Part shown: piece after piece, positions 40,194 to 50,824 of the stretch | Layout: each line of letters opens with the position of its first letter | How positions within the stretch are numbered: position 1 is the stretch's first letter | NCBI RefSeq assembly: GCF_947499945.1 | Contig: NZ_CANMQD010000003.1 | Coordinates: forward strand, 168,120-232,119 | Direction of reading: 5' to 3' | Length of the DNA: 64,000 nt | DNA from: an uncultured Sulfitobacter sp. | Lineage (GTDB): Bacteria; Pseudomonadota; Alphaproteobacteria; Rhodobacterales; Rhodobacteraceae | Translations under genes and position numbers: made by a program | Notes under the pieces: generated by a model | What the model saw: the letters and a program-made list of their open reading frames with translations, nothing else | What the model was told of the DNA's origin: nothing | The model's database searches: none

Positions 40194-40312
40194 ATTTATT
40201 CCCCAGGAAAATTCTTGCCCAACTTACGCCTTAATTTTGCCATGACATAGTACAATTAACATTTGTTTCCGAGATAGGAACAATGAACCATCGCGCCGCA
40301 AACTGGGGCCCT

Positions 40313-40341
40313 AAAAACGAAAAACCCCGCATCATGCGGGG
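40313..40341 (-). terminator. rho-independent terminator after the liv-type ABC operon
   Basis: Minus strand reads ACCCCGCATGATGCGGGGTTTTTCGTTTTT. Confidence 0.6.
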
Positions 40342-40368
40342 TAATTCAGGTCGTTTTAGTAAGCCGAA

Positions 40369-41121
40369 TCAGATTGCCAAGTATTCGGCGCGCAGGGCCT
40401 CGTTCTCAAGAACCTCCTGTGCGGTACCGTCAAAGACCACACCGCCAGTATCCAGAATCACCGCACGGTCCGCCAGTTTGAGCGCACGAACCGCGTTCTG
40501 CTCTACGAGAATGGTGGTGATGCCTTGGGCCTTGATGATGGACAGCGTCTTTTCGATTTCGTCCACGATAACAGGAGCCAGACCCTCATAAGGCTCATCC
40601 AGCAACAGCACTTTGATGTCGCGGCACAGCGCGCGGGCAATCGCGAGCATCTGCTGCTCCCCTCCCGATAGTGTTGTGCCTTCTTGCTTCTTACGCTCGC
40701 CCAAGCGGGGGAATAGCTCGTACACACGCTCAAGCGACCAGCCGATAGGCGGCGCGATTTGCGCAAGCTTGAGGTTTTCCTCAACGGTCAGGCCAGCGAT
40801 GATGCGGCGGTCTTCGGGCACAAGGGCCAGACCGGCAGCGGAGGCCTCATAGCTTTTCATCAGGTGTAGCGGCTTATGGTCAAGCCAGACTTCGCCGTGG
40901 GTCAGCTGTGGGTCGCCAATCTGCGCAATTGTGCGCAGAGTGGAGGTTTTGCCCGCACCATTACGGCCCAGAAGTGCGAGGATTTCGCCCTCATGCACGT
41001 TAAAGCTGACGCCTTGTACGATATAGCTTTCGCCGTAGGAGGCGTGGATGTCCCAAACCGACAGGAAGGCAGGAGCCGATGACGCGTGGTTTGCGTTTTT
41101 GTTCAGTGTTTCAGTGGTCAT
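40369..41121 (-). CDS. branched-chain amino acid-type ABC transporter ATP-binding protein (LivF-like)
   Basis: Walker A GRNGAGKTS, signature LSGGEQQMLAIARAL, Walker B LLLDEP. Confidence 0.9.
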   Translation of the reverse strand: MTTETLNKNANHASSAPAFLSVWDIHASYGESYIVQGVSFNVHEGEILALLGRNGAGKTSTLRTIAQIGDPQLTHGEVWLDHKPLHLMKSYEASAAGLALVPEDRRIIAGLTVEENLKLAQIAPPIGWSLERVYELFPRLGERKKQEGTTLSGGEQQMLAIARALCRDIKVLLLDEPYEGLAPVIVDEIEKTLSIIKAQGITTILVEQNAVRALKLADRAVILDTGGVVFDGTAQEVLENEALRAEYLAI

Positions 41122-41156
41122 ATTATTTGTCCTTTGGATGCGAGGGGCAGGGGGGC

Positions 41157-41918
41157 TTAAACTTCCTGCGTCTCTCCCAGATAGGCTTCTTTGACTTTTG
41201 GATGGCCCTTGATGTTGTCGGGCGTGTCCTCAACCAATGGCGTCCCTTGTGCCAGCACGGTGATCCGCTCGGCCAGAGAGAAGACAACGTGCATGTCATG
41301 CTCGATGATGGCGATTGTAATGTCGCGCTCTTCCTTGATCTGCTTCAAAAGGTCGATTGTGTTGTTGGTGTCGGCACGCGCCATACCCGCTGTCGGCTCG
41401 TCCAGTAGCAGCAAACGCGGCTCTTGGCTCAGGCACATTGCGATCTCAAGACGGCGCTTGTCCCCGCGAGACATGCTTGAGCCATGCATATCGCGTTTGT
41501 CATAGAGGTTCATGTCGTGGAGCATCTTCTTAGCTTTCTCCACCACGTCCTGCTCATTGTCGATGCTGCCGATGGCATGCATGCTGAACCCGCCATCGCG
41601 TTTGGCAAAGCAGGGGATCAGCATATTTTCCATAACGCTCAGATCACCGAAGATTTCGGGTGTCTGGAACACGCGGGAAATGCCCATCTGGTTGATCTCG
41701 TACGGCTTGCGCCCAAGAACCGATTGGCCGTCAAACATGACAGAGCCTGTGTCGGGGATCAGTTTGCCCACCAGAACGTTGAGCAGGGTGGATTTACCGG
41801 CCCCGTTCGGGCCGATAATTGCATGTACCGTGTTCTCTGCGATGCTGAGGTTCACGTCCCCCAGTGCTTGCAGGCCGCCGAAGCGCTTGTTCACGTTTTT
41901 GACTTCGAGAATACCCAT
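41157..41918 (-). CDS. branched-chain amino acid-type ABC transporter ATP-binding protein (LivG-like)
   Basis: MGILEVKNVNKRFGGLQALGDVNLSI, GPNGAGKST, LLLLDEPTAGM. Confidence 0.9.
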   Translation of the reverse strand: MGILEVKNVNKRFGGLQALGDVNLSIAENTVHAIIGPNGAGKSTLLNVLVGKLIPDTGSVMFDGQSVLGRKPYEINQMGISRVFQTPEIFGDLSVMENMLIPCFAKRDGGFSMHAIGSIDNEQDVVEKAKKMLHDMNLYDKRDMHGSSMSRGDKRRLEIAMCLSQEPRLLLLDEPTAGMARADTNNTIDLLKQIKEERDITIAIIEHDMHVVFSLAERITVLAQGTPLVEDTPDNIKGHPKVKEAYLGETQEV

Positions 41919-41930
41919 GTCGTGCGCTCC

Positions 41931-43130
41931 TTATTCAGCAGGTGTGGTTTTGCCGTCAGGCGATTTCGGATCGGTTTTCTTGCGGCGGAAGAGGTTTCCG
42001 ATGCGTTGACCGCCCTCGACCAGACCACCGGGCAGGAAGATCACAACCAGCATGAACATCAGACCCAGCATCAGGTGCCAGCCTTTGCCCACGAAGGGGT
42101 AGATCAGCGTTACCAGCAGGTCCTCGATGCCATCAGGCATGAAGGCGAACCACTGCTCCAGAACCGTCTTGTTGATCTTGGAGACGATGTTTTCCATGTA
42201 TTTGATGAGACCCGCGCCCAAAACCGGACCGATCAGCGTGCCAGCACCGCCGAGGATTGTCATGATCACAACTTCGCCCGATGCAGTCCAGAACATGCGC
42301 TCGGCTCCCACTTGGGTGTCCATCGCAACCAGCAGACCGCCGGCCAGACCTGCATACATGCCAGAGATAACAAAAGCGGCAAGTGTATAGGGTTTGGAGT
42401 TCAGACCAGTATAGTTCATGCGTTGCTGGTTTGACTTCACAGCACGCAGCATCATGCCAAAAGGTGAGCGGAAGATGCGGATCGACAGGTAGAAGGCGAT
42501 CAGCATGATGAAGGCTGCGATGTAGTAGCCCGCGTTGAAGGTGAACACCCAGTCGCCGATGCTCAGCTCTGTGCTGGATTTCATACTCAAGCCGAACAGG
42601 TTGGCCTGAGGTGTTTGGCCATCTGTAAGCGCGCCGTCGAGGATGCGCGGATCGGTGTATTTGGGTTGAAGGCCGGTTTCGCCACCAGTAACGGGGGTCA
42701 GAACCGAGTAGGCCAGCGCATATGACATTTGCGCAAAGGCCAGTGTCAGGATCGAGAAGTAGATGCCCGAGCGGCGTAGCGAGATCCAGCCCACGAAGAG
42801 CGAGAAGAGGCCAGCTACGATCACAGAGACGATGATTGCGGGGATCACGTTCATCGTAAGCAGTTTCATCATCCAGATCGCAGCGTAGGATCCGACACCC
42901 AGAAAGGCGGCGTGTCCAAAGCTGAGGTAGCCGGTGAGGCCGAACAGTATGTTGAAGCCGATGGCGAAGATACCGAAGATCACCAGACGCTGCATCAGGT
43001 CTGGGTAGCCAGCATTGAACTGCGCCATGCCTGAGCTTTCAGGGAAAGGGTTTAGGATGATGGGGGCCAATAGGCAAAGGATAAGAACAATCCCAAGCAA
43101 ACCAGCGTCGCGTTTTGTAAGTCCCAGCAT
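41931..43130 (-). CDS. branched-chain amino acid-type ABC transporter permease (LivM-like)
   Basis: 399-aa polytopic membrane protein with [16 protein letters not shown]. Confidence 0.9.
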   Translation of the reverse strand: MLGLTKRDAGLLGIVLILCLLAPIILNPFPESSGMAQFNAGYPDLMQRLVIFGIFAIGFNILFGLTGYLSFGHAAFLGVGSYAAIWMMKLLTMNVIPAIIVSVIVAGLFSLFVGWISLRRSGIYFSILTLAFAQMSYALAYSVLTPVTGGETGLQPKYTDPRILDGALTDGQTPQANLFGLSMKSSTELSIGDWVFTFNAGYYIAAFIMLIAFYLSIRIFRSPFGMMLRAVKSNQQRMNYTGLNSKPYTLAAFVISGMYAGLAGGLLVAMDTQVGAERMFWTASGEVVIMTILGGAGTLIGPVLGAGLIKYMENIVSKINKTVLEQWFAFMPDGIEDLLVTLIYPFVGKGWHLMLGLMFMLVVIFLPGGLVEGGQRIGNLFRRKKTDPKSPDGKTTPAE

Positions 43131-43134
43131 GTTC

Positions 43135-44178
43135 TTAGTCCTCCATCACGCCGGCACGGCCAAGAAGGCCACGGGGACGTGTCAGCAAAATGATGATCGC
43201 AACAAGGTAGATAATGATTTGGTTGATGCCTGGAATGATCTCCAGCACACCCGCCATCGAAGCAAAGCTTTCAACGATGCCCAGCAGGAAGCCCGCCAGT
43301 ACAGCACCGGGCAGGGAGCCCATGCCGCCGACAACCACCACAACAAAGCTCAGAACCAGAAAGTCCATGCCCATGTTATAGTTGGGCGAGTTGATGGGTG
43401 CGTACATCGCACCTGCCATCCCCGTGACCGCCGCAGCAATGCCGAACATGATGGTAAAGCGTTTGTCGATGTTGATGCCCAGCAAGCCTACAGTTTCACG
43501 GTCTGCCATACCGGCGCGCACAACCATCCCGAAGGTGGTGAACTGCAAGAAGGCGAATACCGCGCCGATAACCACGGCCGCAAAGCAGAAGTAGATCAGG
43601 CGCCAGTAGGGGTAGATGATCGTATTGGGGTCAAACCCGAGCATTGACCCAAAGTCGAACGAGCCTGCAAAGACAGCAGGTGCGGGCGTTGGGTAGGGGT
43701 TTGCGCCGTAGAAATACTTGATCAACTCACCCAGAACAATCGCAAGACCAAAGGTCACAAGGATCTGGTCAGCGTGAGGGCGGTTATAGAAGTGCTTGAT
43801 CAGGCCACGCTCCATGATGGTGCCGATGGCGATCATCACGGGGATTGTGAACAAAATGGATAATGGCACGGCCCAGTCAATCATCCACGCCCCTGTCGTT
43901 TCGCCAAACCATTGGTTCACGTACATGATGTCGTCGAATTTGGGATTGCCGAGGAAGTCGGTGCCCGTTGGCTCTGTCGCCTTATGGCTCAGCGTCAGAA
44001 TTTTTGAAAAAGTCACAGCGCAGAATGCACCGATCATGAACAGAGCACCGTGGGCGAAGTTTACCACGCCCAATGTGCCGAAAATAAGTGTCAGGCCCAG
44101 AGCGATCAGCGCGTAGGCCGATCCTTTGTCTAGTCCGTTTAGAATCTGAAGGAGAATTGCGTCCATGGTCTGTCCCAT
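43135..44178 (-). CDS. branched-chain amino acid-type ABC transporter permease (LivH-like)
   Basis: 347-aa polytopic membrane protein with [35 protein letters not shown]. Confidence 0.9.
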   Translation of the reverse strand: MGQTMDAILLQILNGLDKGSAYALIALGLTLIFGTLGVVNFAHGALFMIGAFCAVTFSKILTLSHKATEPTGTDFLGNPKFDDIMYVNQWFGETTGAWMIDWAVPLSILFTIPVMIAIGTIMERGLIKHFYNRPHADQILVTFGLAIVLGELIKYFYGANPYPTPAPAVFAGSFDFGSMLGFDPNTIIYPYWRLIYFCFAAVVIGAVFAFLQFTTFGMVVRAGMADRETVGLLGINIDKRFTIMFGIAAAVTGMAGAMYAPINSPNYNMGMDFLVLSFVVVVVGGMGSLPGAVLAGFLLGIVESFASMAGVLEIIPGINQIIIYLVAIIILLTRPRGLLGRAGVMED

Positions 44179-44259
44179 CTGTCACAAGTGCCATGCGCCC
44201 AGCCTGAAGTCGGGGGCGTTTGGTCGGTTTGCGGGCTGTTGGTGCTTGAATAAAGGAGT

Positions 44260-44287
44260 GCAGGGCGGGCGCTGTGGCCCGCCCTGC
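44260..44287 (-). promoter_or_regulatory. intra-operon stem-loop between the SBP and permease genes
   Basis: GCAGGGCGGGC...GCCCGCCCTGC 11-bp stem in the 122-nt gap. It could give differential mRNA stability or attenuation, as is common after SBP genes. Confidence 0.4.
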
Positions 44288-44300
44288 AATTGTGGTGCGC

Positions 44301-45665
44301 TTATGCGCCCGGGTTACATGTACCCAGTGAACCGCCTGCCATCTGTGGGTGATCCACAGGGTAGGTAACCTGCTCGGCAGGTGTCACTTCAACGATTTCA
44401 ACCAGATCGTATTGGTTTTCTGGGTTCTCTTTACCCTTCACAACCAGCACGTCTTTGAAGCACTGGTGGTCTGAACCACGGTACAATGTTGGGCCGTTGC
44501 CCAAGCCGTCGAATTCGAAATCTTCGAGAGCTTCAGCTACGGAACATGGGTTGAAGGAGCCGCCACGTGTGACCGCATCTGCATACAAAAGCGTTTGTAC
44601 GTAGCATGTGTGTGCCGCCTGTGAGGGTGGGAAGCCATACTTGGTACCAAAGGATTTCACAAAGGCGTTTGTACCTGCGTAGCGCGCGCCAAGTTTGTCC
44701 TCAAGTGACCAATCCCAGTTCTGGGAGCCGATGATGCCTTTGATGTTGGCACCCGCACCGCGAGCCATCAGCTCGGAGTAGAGTGGCACAACGATCTCGA
44801 ACTTCTTGCCGTTAACTGTCTGGTCGCGCAGGCCGAACTGGACCGCGTTTGTCAGAGAGTTGATCATGTTCCCGCCGTAGTGGTTCAGAACCAGCACGTC
44901 TGCTCCGGACTGGATCACGGGTGCGATATACGCGGAGAAGTCTGTGGATGTCAGCGGTGTTTTCACAGCGTTGACTGTTTCCCAGCCCAGTGCCTCGGTG
45001 GAGGAGCGAACTGCTTCTTCTGTGGTGTAACCCCAGTTGTAGTCTGCTGTCAGGTGATATGCCTTACGGTCCGTACCATATTCGTTGGCAAGGATTGGCG
45101 CGAGGGCCGCACCGGACATGTATGAGTTAAAGAAATGGCGGAAACCGTTGGCTTTTTTGTCTTTACCCGTTGTGTCGTTGGAGTGGGTCAGACCGGCCAT
45201 GAAGATAACGCCGGCCTCTTGGCAGAGCGCTTGTACAGCAACAGCCACACCGGAGGAGGAACCGCCGGAAATCATGACAGCGCCGTCTTTTTCGATCATG
45301 GACTTGGCAGATGCGCGTGCGGCGTCTGATTTTGTCTGTGTATCGCCTGTGACGAAGTTGACCTTTTTACCCATGATGCCCGTGCCGTCCAGCACCTTGG
45401 AGCTGAAGGTTTGCAGCATGCCGCCATCGCCCATACCATTGAGGTGCTCAACGGCCAGCTCGAATGCGCGCAGCTCGTCTGCGCCTTCATCAGCGTAGGG
45501 GCCTGACTGTGGTACGTTGAAACCAAGTGTCACCGTGTCGCCCTGTGGCGCGTTGGTGAAACCGGCGTGTGCGTCGGCACGCAGATACGTGGGCAGTGCA
45601 AGACCTGCACCGGCAACAACGCCGGTTTGGATCAGACCGCGACGTGTCGGATTGAATGTAGACAT
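44301..45665 (-). CDS. ABC transporter substrate-binding protein (type I periplasmic binding fold, Tat-like signal)
   Basis: MSTFNPTRRGLIQTGVVAGAGLALPTYLRADA leader. 454-aa LivK/AmiC-like text. Confidence 0.85.
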   Translation of the reverse strand: MSTFNPTRRGLIQTGVVAGAGLALPTYLRADAHAGFTNAPQGDTVTLGFNVPQSGPYADEGADELRAFELAVEHLNGMGDGGMLQTFSSKVLDGTGIMGKKVNFVTGDTQTKSDAARASAKSMIEKDGAVMISGGSSSGVAVAVQALCQEAGVIFMAGLTHSNDTTGKDKKANGFRHFFNSYMSGAALAPILANEYGTDRKAYHLTADYNWGYTTEEAVRSSTEALGWETVNAVKTPLTSTDFSAYIAPVIQSGADVLVLNHYGGNMINSLTNAVQFGLRDQTVNGKKFEIVVPLYSELMARGAGANIKGIIGSQNWDWSLEDKLGARYAGTNAFVKSFGTKYGFPPSQAAHTCYVQTLLYADAVTRGGSFNPCSVAEALEDFEFDGLGNGPTLYRGSDHQCFKDVLVVKGKENPENQYDLVEIVEVTPAEQVTYPVDHPQMAGGSLGTCNPGA

Positions 45666-45793
45666 GATGTCCTCCCGAAAGTGTTAAAACAGGCACCACA
45701 GCCTTCTCCCGGGCGTTGGTGCTGGCACGAAGTCGTGCAAAAGCACTATCGGGGGCGGGGGGCGTTGCTGCAATAACACCCTTGATTGAATGG

Positions 45794-45811
45794 ATTTATT
45801 TGTAAATAAAT
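45794..45811. promoter_or_regulatory. AT-rich perfect palindrome in the divergent SBP / XRE-regulator intergenic region
   Basis: ATTTATTT-GT-AAATAAAT. Candidate operator. Not matched to any known consensus. Confidence 0.3.
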
Positions 45812-45900
45812 GCACTATCATACTTCGAGATGTGTAAAGTTAATGATGTTGCAGTGCAGAAAGCCCCTGATAATGTGTGAAAATTTGACGCAGTCCTTGC

Positions 45901-47190
45901 ATGTCACGTGACAGCTTGACCGGAAGCCGCATCCGTGAACGGCGCGTAATCCAAGGCGTCAAACAGGCCGAATTGGCAAAGCGGATCGGAATATCGGCAA
46001 GCTATCTCAATTTAATCGAGCACAACCGCCGCAGAATCGGCGGAAAGCTCTTGCTAGATATCGCTGCTGCCCTTGAGGTGGAGCCTCAGGCCCTGACCGA
46101 AGGGGCGGAGGCAGCCCTGTTGGGCGTTTTGGCGGAGGCCGCAGTTGCATCGCAATTACCACCGGAGGATGCGGAGCAGGCAGAGGCATTTGCGGGGCGC
46201 TTCCCGAGTTGGGCCGAAGCATTGGCTTCAAGCCAGCGCCGTGTGTCCACGCTGGAGCGGACGGTCGAGACACTGAGCGATCGAATGGCGCATGACCCGC
46301 TTTTGGCCGATTCCATGCATGAGTTGCTGACCACGGCAGCCGCAGTGCGCTCCACCGCAGAGATTCTCGCAGGGGACGAGGCGCTTGAACGCGAGTGGCA
46401 GGACCGTTTTCACGCCAACCTGGACGCAGACAGCAGCCGTTTGGCGCAAAGTGCACAGGCGCTGTTTGGCTATCTGGAGCAGGCAAAGGATCCTGCCGCA
46501 GGGGGCAAGTCGCCCCAAGAAGAGGTCGAGACATATCTGGCGCAACAAGGTTTTCATTTTCCACAGTTCGAGACGCGCGGAAGACCTGCATCGGTGGATG
46601 ACATCCTTGCATTGGCCAGCGAGGGGCTGACAGATGCGGCACGTTATATTTTGCGGGGCGTGTTGGGGCAGGTCCGGCAGGATGCCGCTGCGCTGCCGTT
46701 GGCTGAGTTAGAGGCTGCGATTGCGCAGGAGATCGTTGATCCCGTCAAGTTGGCGCGGCAGTTTGGTGTGGCACCCGCTGTGATCTTGCGACGTTTGGCG
46801 GCGGTGCCTGAGTTGGGGGCTGGCTTGGTGGTCTGTGACCGTTCGGGCACTGTGATTTTCCGCAAGTCCGTTGACGGGTTCTCGATCCCTAGGTTCGACA
46901 GCTGTTGTCCGCTATGGCCGCTGTTCGGCGCGTTGGGGGCTGCTCATACGGTTTTGTACGAACGTTTGGGCCAGCTGGGCCGGGGGCGGATGCAGTTTGA
47001 TGCCTATGCCGCCACGGATGCAGCCATCGCGGCAAATTACAATGTGCCTGCACCTGTGCAGGCGGTCATGCTTTTGCTGCCAGCCACAGTCGGGGATACC
47101 AGTGTGCGCGTGCGCGAAGTGGGGGCCACCTGCCGCATCTGTCCGCATGCCGCCTGTGGTGCACGGCGTGAACCATCTGTCATGGCGTAG
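45901..47190 (+). CDS. XRE-family HTH regulator with a large C-terminal domain (ScfR/DUF2083-like)
   Basis: IRERRVIQGVKQAELAKRIGISASYLNLIEHNRRRIGGKLLLDIAAAL HTH. C-terminal Cys pairs are FDSCCPLW and CRICPHAAC. Confidence 0.8.
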   Translation: MSRDSLTGSRIRERRVIQGVKQAELAKRIGISASYLNLIEHNRRRIGGKLLLDIAAALEVEPQALTEGAEAALLGVLAEAAVASQLPPEDAEQAEAFAGRFPSWAEALASSQRRVSTLERTVETLSDRMAHDPLLADSMHELLTTAAAVRSTAEILAGDEALEREWQDRFHANLDADSSRLAQSAQALFGYLEQAKDPAAGGKSPQEEVETYLAQQGFHFPQFETRGRPASVDDILALASEGLTDAARYILRGVLGQVRQDAAALPLAELEAAIAQEIVDPVKLARQFGVAPAVILRRLAAVPELGAGLVVCDRSGTVIFRKSVDGFSIPRFDSCCPLWPLFGALGAAHTVLYERLGQLGRGRMQFDAYAATDAAIAANYNVPAPVQAVMLLLPATVGDTSVRVREVGATCRICPHAACGARREPSVMA

Positions 47191-47300
47191 TAAATTTTGA
47201 CACCCGACGCACATGGGTGCATCTTGATGAAAGAAATAGGCCGCTACACCGACGCAAGATTGGTCAAGTGGGCTTATTTACCTAGGGAGGGAACAACCGC

Positions 47301-47678
47301 ATGTCGAAACATGTCGTGTTGGTGGAGGACGAGACCAACATCGCAGAGGCGATCCGGTTTTTGCTGGGCCGTGATGGTTGGCGGGTCGAGACATTGGCAA
47401 ATGGTGGCAATGCCGCTGAAGTAATCCGCGCGGCGCGGCCAGATTTGGTTATGCTGGATGTCATGCTGCCGGGTAAGACCGGGTTCGAGATTCTTGCGGA
47501 ATTGCGCAGCGACGAAAGCCTTGCGGATTTGCCTGTGCTAATGCTGACTGCACGTGGGCAAAGCCGCGACCGCGAAATGGCAATTCAGGCAGGCGTCAGC
47601 CGTTTCATGACCAAACCGTTTTCAAACGAAGAGATGCTCAGTGCAGTGCGTGAATTGACCCAAGGCCGCGTGAGCTGA
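47301..47678 (+). CDS. single-domain (CheY-like) response regulator
   Basis: Receiver motifs VVLVEDE, LVMLDVMLPG (phospho-Asp), LMLTA and TKPF. There is no output domain. Confidence 0.9.
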   Translation: MSKHVVLVEDETNIAEAIRFLLGRDGWRVETLANGGNAAEVIRAARPDLVMLDVMLPGKTGFEILAELRSDESLADLPVLMLTARGQSRDREMAIQAGVSRFMTKPFSNEEMLSAVRELTQGRVS

Positions 47679-47959
47679 TGCCCGAGGCACGGTTGTTTTT
47701 GGAGCGGCGCAGTTATCGCCGCCGCCGCATGATGGATGCGGTCCGCATATTGCCGCTCTTGTGCACATTGTTGTGGTTGGTTGTGCCGTTGATGTGGCCG
47801 AACGGCAGTGAGGGATCAGCACAGACTGCTCTTTCAACAGTTATCTGGTACTTGTTTGTCGTCTGGATGTTGGCGATCATGGCTTCCTTTGCGCTGTGGC
47901 GTCGAATCCGGCGCAGTGACACGGCAGGCGACGAACCCGCAGAGACGTCTGGCATCTGA
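47678..47959 (+). CDS. small two-TM membrane protein, unknown function
   Basis: 93 aa with two hydrophobic helices. TGATG overlaps with both neighbouring genes. Confidence 0.55.
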   Translation: MPEARLFLERRSYRRRRMMDAVRILPLLCTLLWLVVPLMWPNGSEGSAQTALSTVIWYLFVVWMLAIMASFALWRRIRRSDTAGDEPAETSGI

Positions 47960-50655
47960 TGGTTACCCTGAACCAGTTGATCGGCGTGTGCCTTGTGTAC
48001 GTGGCAGGGCTTTTTCTGGTGGCTTTTCTGGCCGAACGGGCTGCGTTACGCGGAAAAGGCAACTGGCTGCTGCGCTCGCCGTTGGTCTACACGCTTTCGC
48101 TTTCAATCTATTGCACGGCTTGGACATTCTACGGCGCTGTGGGCTATGCGGCGCGTTCGGGTCTGGAATATGTAACGATCTATCTTGGCCCTTCATTGGT
48201 GATGATCGGTTGGTGGTGGGTGCTGCGCCGCTTGGTGCGTATCGGGCGGGCGCAGCGAGTGACCTCTGTGGCCGACCTCATATCCGCGCGATACGGGAAG
48301 TCGAACTTGCTCGCTGTGATGGTTACAGCAATGGCTGTCGTGGGCGTGACCCCGTACATCGCCCTTCAGCTTCAATCGGTAACACTATCGGTATCCATCT
48401 TTGCGACACAGGACGCAGGGCTGGGGAACACGCCACAGATTAACGAAAATGCGGCCTTTTGGGTGGCTGCGGGATTGGCGCTGTTCACCGTCCTGTTCGG
48501 CACCCGAAACCTCAATGCGAACGAGCGCCATCACGGCGTTGTCATTGCGGTCGCGGTTGAAGCTGTCGTCAAGCTTGTCGCACTTTTGGCGGTTGGTGCG
48601 TTTGTGGTCTGGGGTGTCGCGGGCGGCGTGGCGGAGACTGTTGCACGCATTGACGCATCACCCATTGGCACATGGCAAACGAGCGGGGGGCGCTGGACTG
48701 CGCTCATCGTTGTGTCTGCTGCGGCCTTTGTCTGCTTGCCGCGCATGTTTCAGGTAATGGTTGTCGAGAATGACGACGAGCGTCATCTGCAAATCGCCAG
48801 CTGGGCCTTCCCCCTCTATCTAATGGCGATCAGCCTGTTTGTGGTGCCGATTGCGGTCATCGGTCTTGAGCTGATGCCCGCAGGGGCAAACCCCGATCTT
48901 TACGTGCTGACTGTCCCCCTAAGCCAGGGGCAAAACGGTCTGGCGATGCTGGCCTTCCTTGGCGGGTTTTCCTCGGCCACGTCGATGGTGATTGTGGCGA
49001 CACTGGCGCTCAGCACGATGATGTCGAACCATATCGTTATGCCACTCTGGCTCAAGCTTAGCCAGACAGGCGCGCAGCAATCGGGCGATGTGCGCGGCGT
49101 TGTCATTCGGGCGCGGCGTTTGTCGATACTGCTGATTATCACATTGGGATATCTATATTACCGCGCCTCTGGCGGTTCTGGCGCACTTGCGGCGATTGGT
49201 TTGATCTCCTTTGGTGGCGTTGCACAGTTCTTGCCGGCACTCTTGGGCGGCATTTTCTGGCGTGGCTCCACGCGCACAGGAGCGATTGCGGGGCTGAGCA
49301 TCGGTTTTGTTATCTGGATGTTCACAATGCTTTTGCCCAGCTTTGGTCCCGATGGTGCATTGCCCGCTTCTGTGTTCGAGCAGGGAGTGTTCGGTCTTGG
49401 CATCCTGCGGCCTCAAGCGCTGTTTGGCATTACGGGGCTGGACCCGACGGTTCACGCGGTCTGGTGGAGTCTGTCGCTCAATGCACTGCTGTTCTTTGTG
49501 GTGTCGATCTTTAGCTTCCCCAGCCCGCTGGAGCGGTTGCAGGGCGCGCAGTTTGTAAATGTGTTTGACCATTCCTCTGGTGCTGCGCGGGGGTGGGTTG
49601 CCTCCGAAGGCGGGGTCGAGGATTTGATGATCATGTCCCAGCGTATATTGGGGGGAGCAGAGGCGCAGGCCTTCTTTGCTGCCCAAGCAGTGGGGCAGGG
49701 GCGAACGCAAGGCCCCCCCCTCCCGACGCCAGAGTTTGTGCAAGCTTTGGAGCGTGAATTGGCCGCATCAGTTGGTGCTGCTACGGCCAACGCGATGATT
49801 GGTCAGATCATCGGCGGTCAGGCGATATCTGTAGAAGACCTGATGGCGGTTGCGGACGAATCTGCACAAATCCTTGAGTATTCGGGCCGACTTGAGGCAA
49901 AATCGTTGGAGTTGACCCAAACTGCGCAAGAGCTGAGCCAAGCCAATGAAAAGCTGACCCAGCTGTCGCTGCAAAAAGACGATTTCCTCAGCCAGATCAG
50001 CCATGAGTTGCGCACACCGATGACCTCTATCCGCTCGTTCTCGGAGATTCTGCGGGACATGGAGGGGCTCAGCGAAGTTGAAAAGACGCGGTATGCCTCG
50101 ATCATCCACTCCGAGACCATTCGGCTGACGCGATTGCTTGATGATTTGCTGGATTTATCGGTGTTGGAAAGCGGCCAAGGTTCGCTTAACGCGCAGCGAA
50201 TAAGCCTGCATGACGTCATAGACCGGGCCGTGACCACAGCGCAGGCTAGCTCAGCACGTATCCTTGATATCCGCCGCACCGTAGGCGACGAGGAAGTTAT
50301 GCTGCGCACAGACGGGGACAGGCTCGCGCAAGTTTTCATAAACCTTGTGACCAATGCGATCAAGTACTGTGACGCTGAGCAGGCCGTTTTGGACATCGCG
50401 GTGCGGCAAGACGATAACGAAGTTGTCATTGATTTCACGGACAATGGCAGCGGTATCCCCGATGATGCGCATAACCTAGTCTTTGAAAAATTTGCGCGCC
50501 TCAACAGTGAACAGGGTAGTGGTGCAGGGCTTGGCCTTGCGATTTGTCGGGAGATCATAACGAGGCTGGAAGGCGAAATTAGCTATGTTCCCTATCCCAA
50601 GGGCGCCCGTTTTGAAGTGCGACTAAGCTGCCTTGCGTCAGTTGAAAACGCATAG
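47959..50655 (+). CDS. sensor histidine kinase with N-terminal sodium:solute symporter (SSS/SLC5)-like domain
   Basis: About 13 TM helices over the first ~520 aa. Linker with a coiled coil. H-box FLSQISHELRTPMTSI, N box NLVTNAIKY, G1 DNGSGIP, G2 GAGLGLAICREI. Confidence 0.9.
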   Translation: MVTLNQLIGVCLVYVAGLFLVAFLAERAALRGKGNWLLRSPLVYTLSLSIYCTAWTFYGAVGYAARSGLEYVTIYLGPSLVMIGWWWVLRRLVRIGRAQRVTSVADLISARYGKSNLLAVMVTAMAVVGVTPYIALQLQSVTLSVSIFATQDAGLGNTPQINENAAFWVAAGLALFTVLFGTRNLNANERHHGVVIAVAVEAVVKLVALLAVGAFVVWGVAGGVAETVARIDASPIGTWQTSGGRWTALIVVSAAAFVCLPRMFQVMVVENDDERHLQIASWAFPLYLMAISLFVVPIAVIGLELMPAGANPDLYVLTVPLSQGQNGLAMLAFLGGFSSATSMVIVATLALSTMMSNHIVMPLWLKLSQTGAQQSGDVRGVVIRARRLSILLIITLGYLYYRASGGSGALAAIGLISFGGVAQFLPALLGGIFWRGSTRTGAIAGLSIGFVIWMFTMLLPSFGPDGALPASVFEQGVFGLGILRPQALFGITGLDPTVHAVWWSLSLNALLFFVVSIFSFPSPLERLQGAQFVNVFDHSSGAARGWVASEGGVEDLMIMSQRILGGAEAQAFFAAQAVGQGRTQGPPLPTPEFVQALERELAASVGAATANAMIGQIIGGQAISVEDLMAVADESAQILEYSGRLEAKSLELTQTAQELSQANEKLTQLSLQKDDFLSQISHELRTPMTSIRSFSEILRDMEGLSEVEKTRYASIIHSETIRLTRLLDDLLDLSVLESGQGSLNAQRISLHDVIDRAVTTAQASSARILDIRRTVGDEEVMLRTDGDRLAQVFINLVTNAIKYCDAEQAVLDIAVRQDDNEVVIDFTDNGSGIPDDAHNLVFEKFARLNSEQGSGAGLGLAICREIITRLEGEISYVPYPKGARFEVRLSCLASVENA

Positions 50656-50824
50656 GGATAATTGTGCACATAAATGCACTGGTAACCATTCTACCTTAAG
50701 ACCAATGGAAAGGTGCCCTGTCGGGCGGTGTTCGCGTCACGTCTGTAAAGGACGCAGGGCGGCATGTCCGAGTAAAGGTGGCACCACGCAGGACAATGCC
50801 ATGGTGAAGGGGTAACTCAGTTTT

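Noticed and set aside
39505-40245. 246-aa Pro/Ser-rich ORF, plus other ORFs opposite the RTX gene
   Set aside because: They are the mirror image of the GGxGxD nucleotide repeats. The RTX frame has the coherent calcium-binding motif series.
41484-42434. 316-aa ORF on the plus strand
   Set aside because: Antisense to the LivG-like and LivM-like ABC genes. Composition artefact.
45804-50687. Shared 11-mer ATAAATGCACT in the intergenic regions at 45806-45816 and 50674-50684, considered as a common operator
   Set aside because: Hundreds of 11-mer coincidences are expected by chance in 64 kb, and the flanks do not match.
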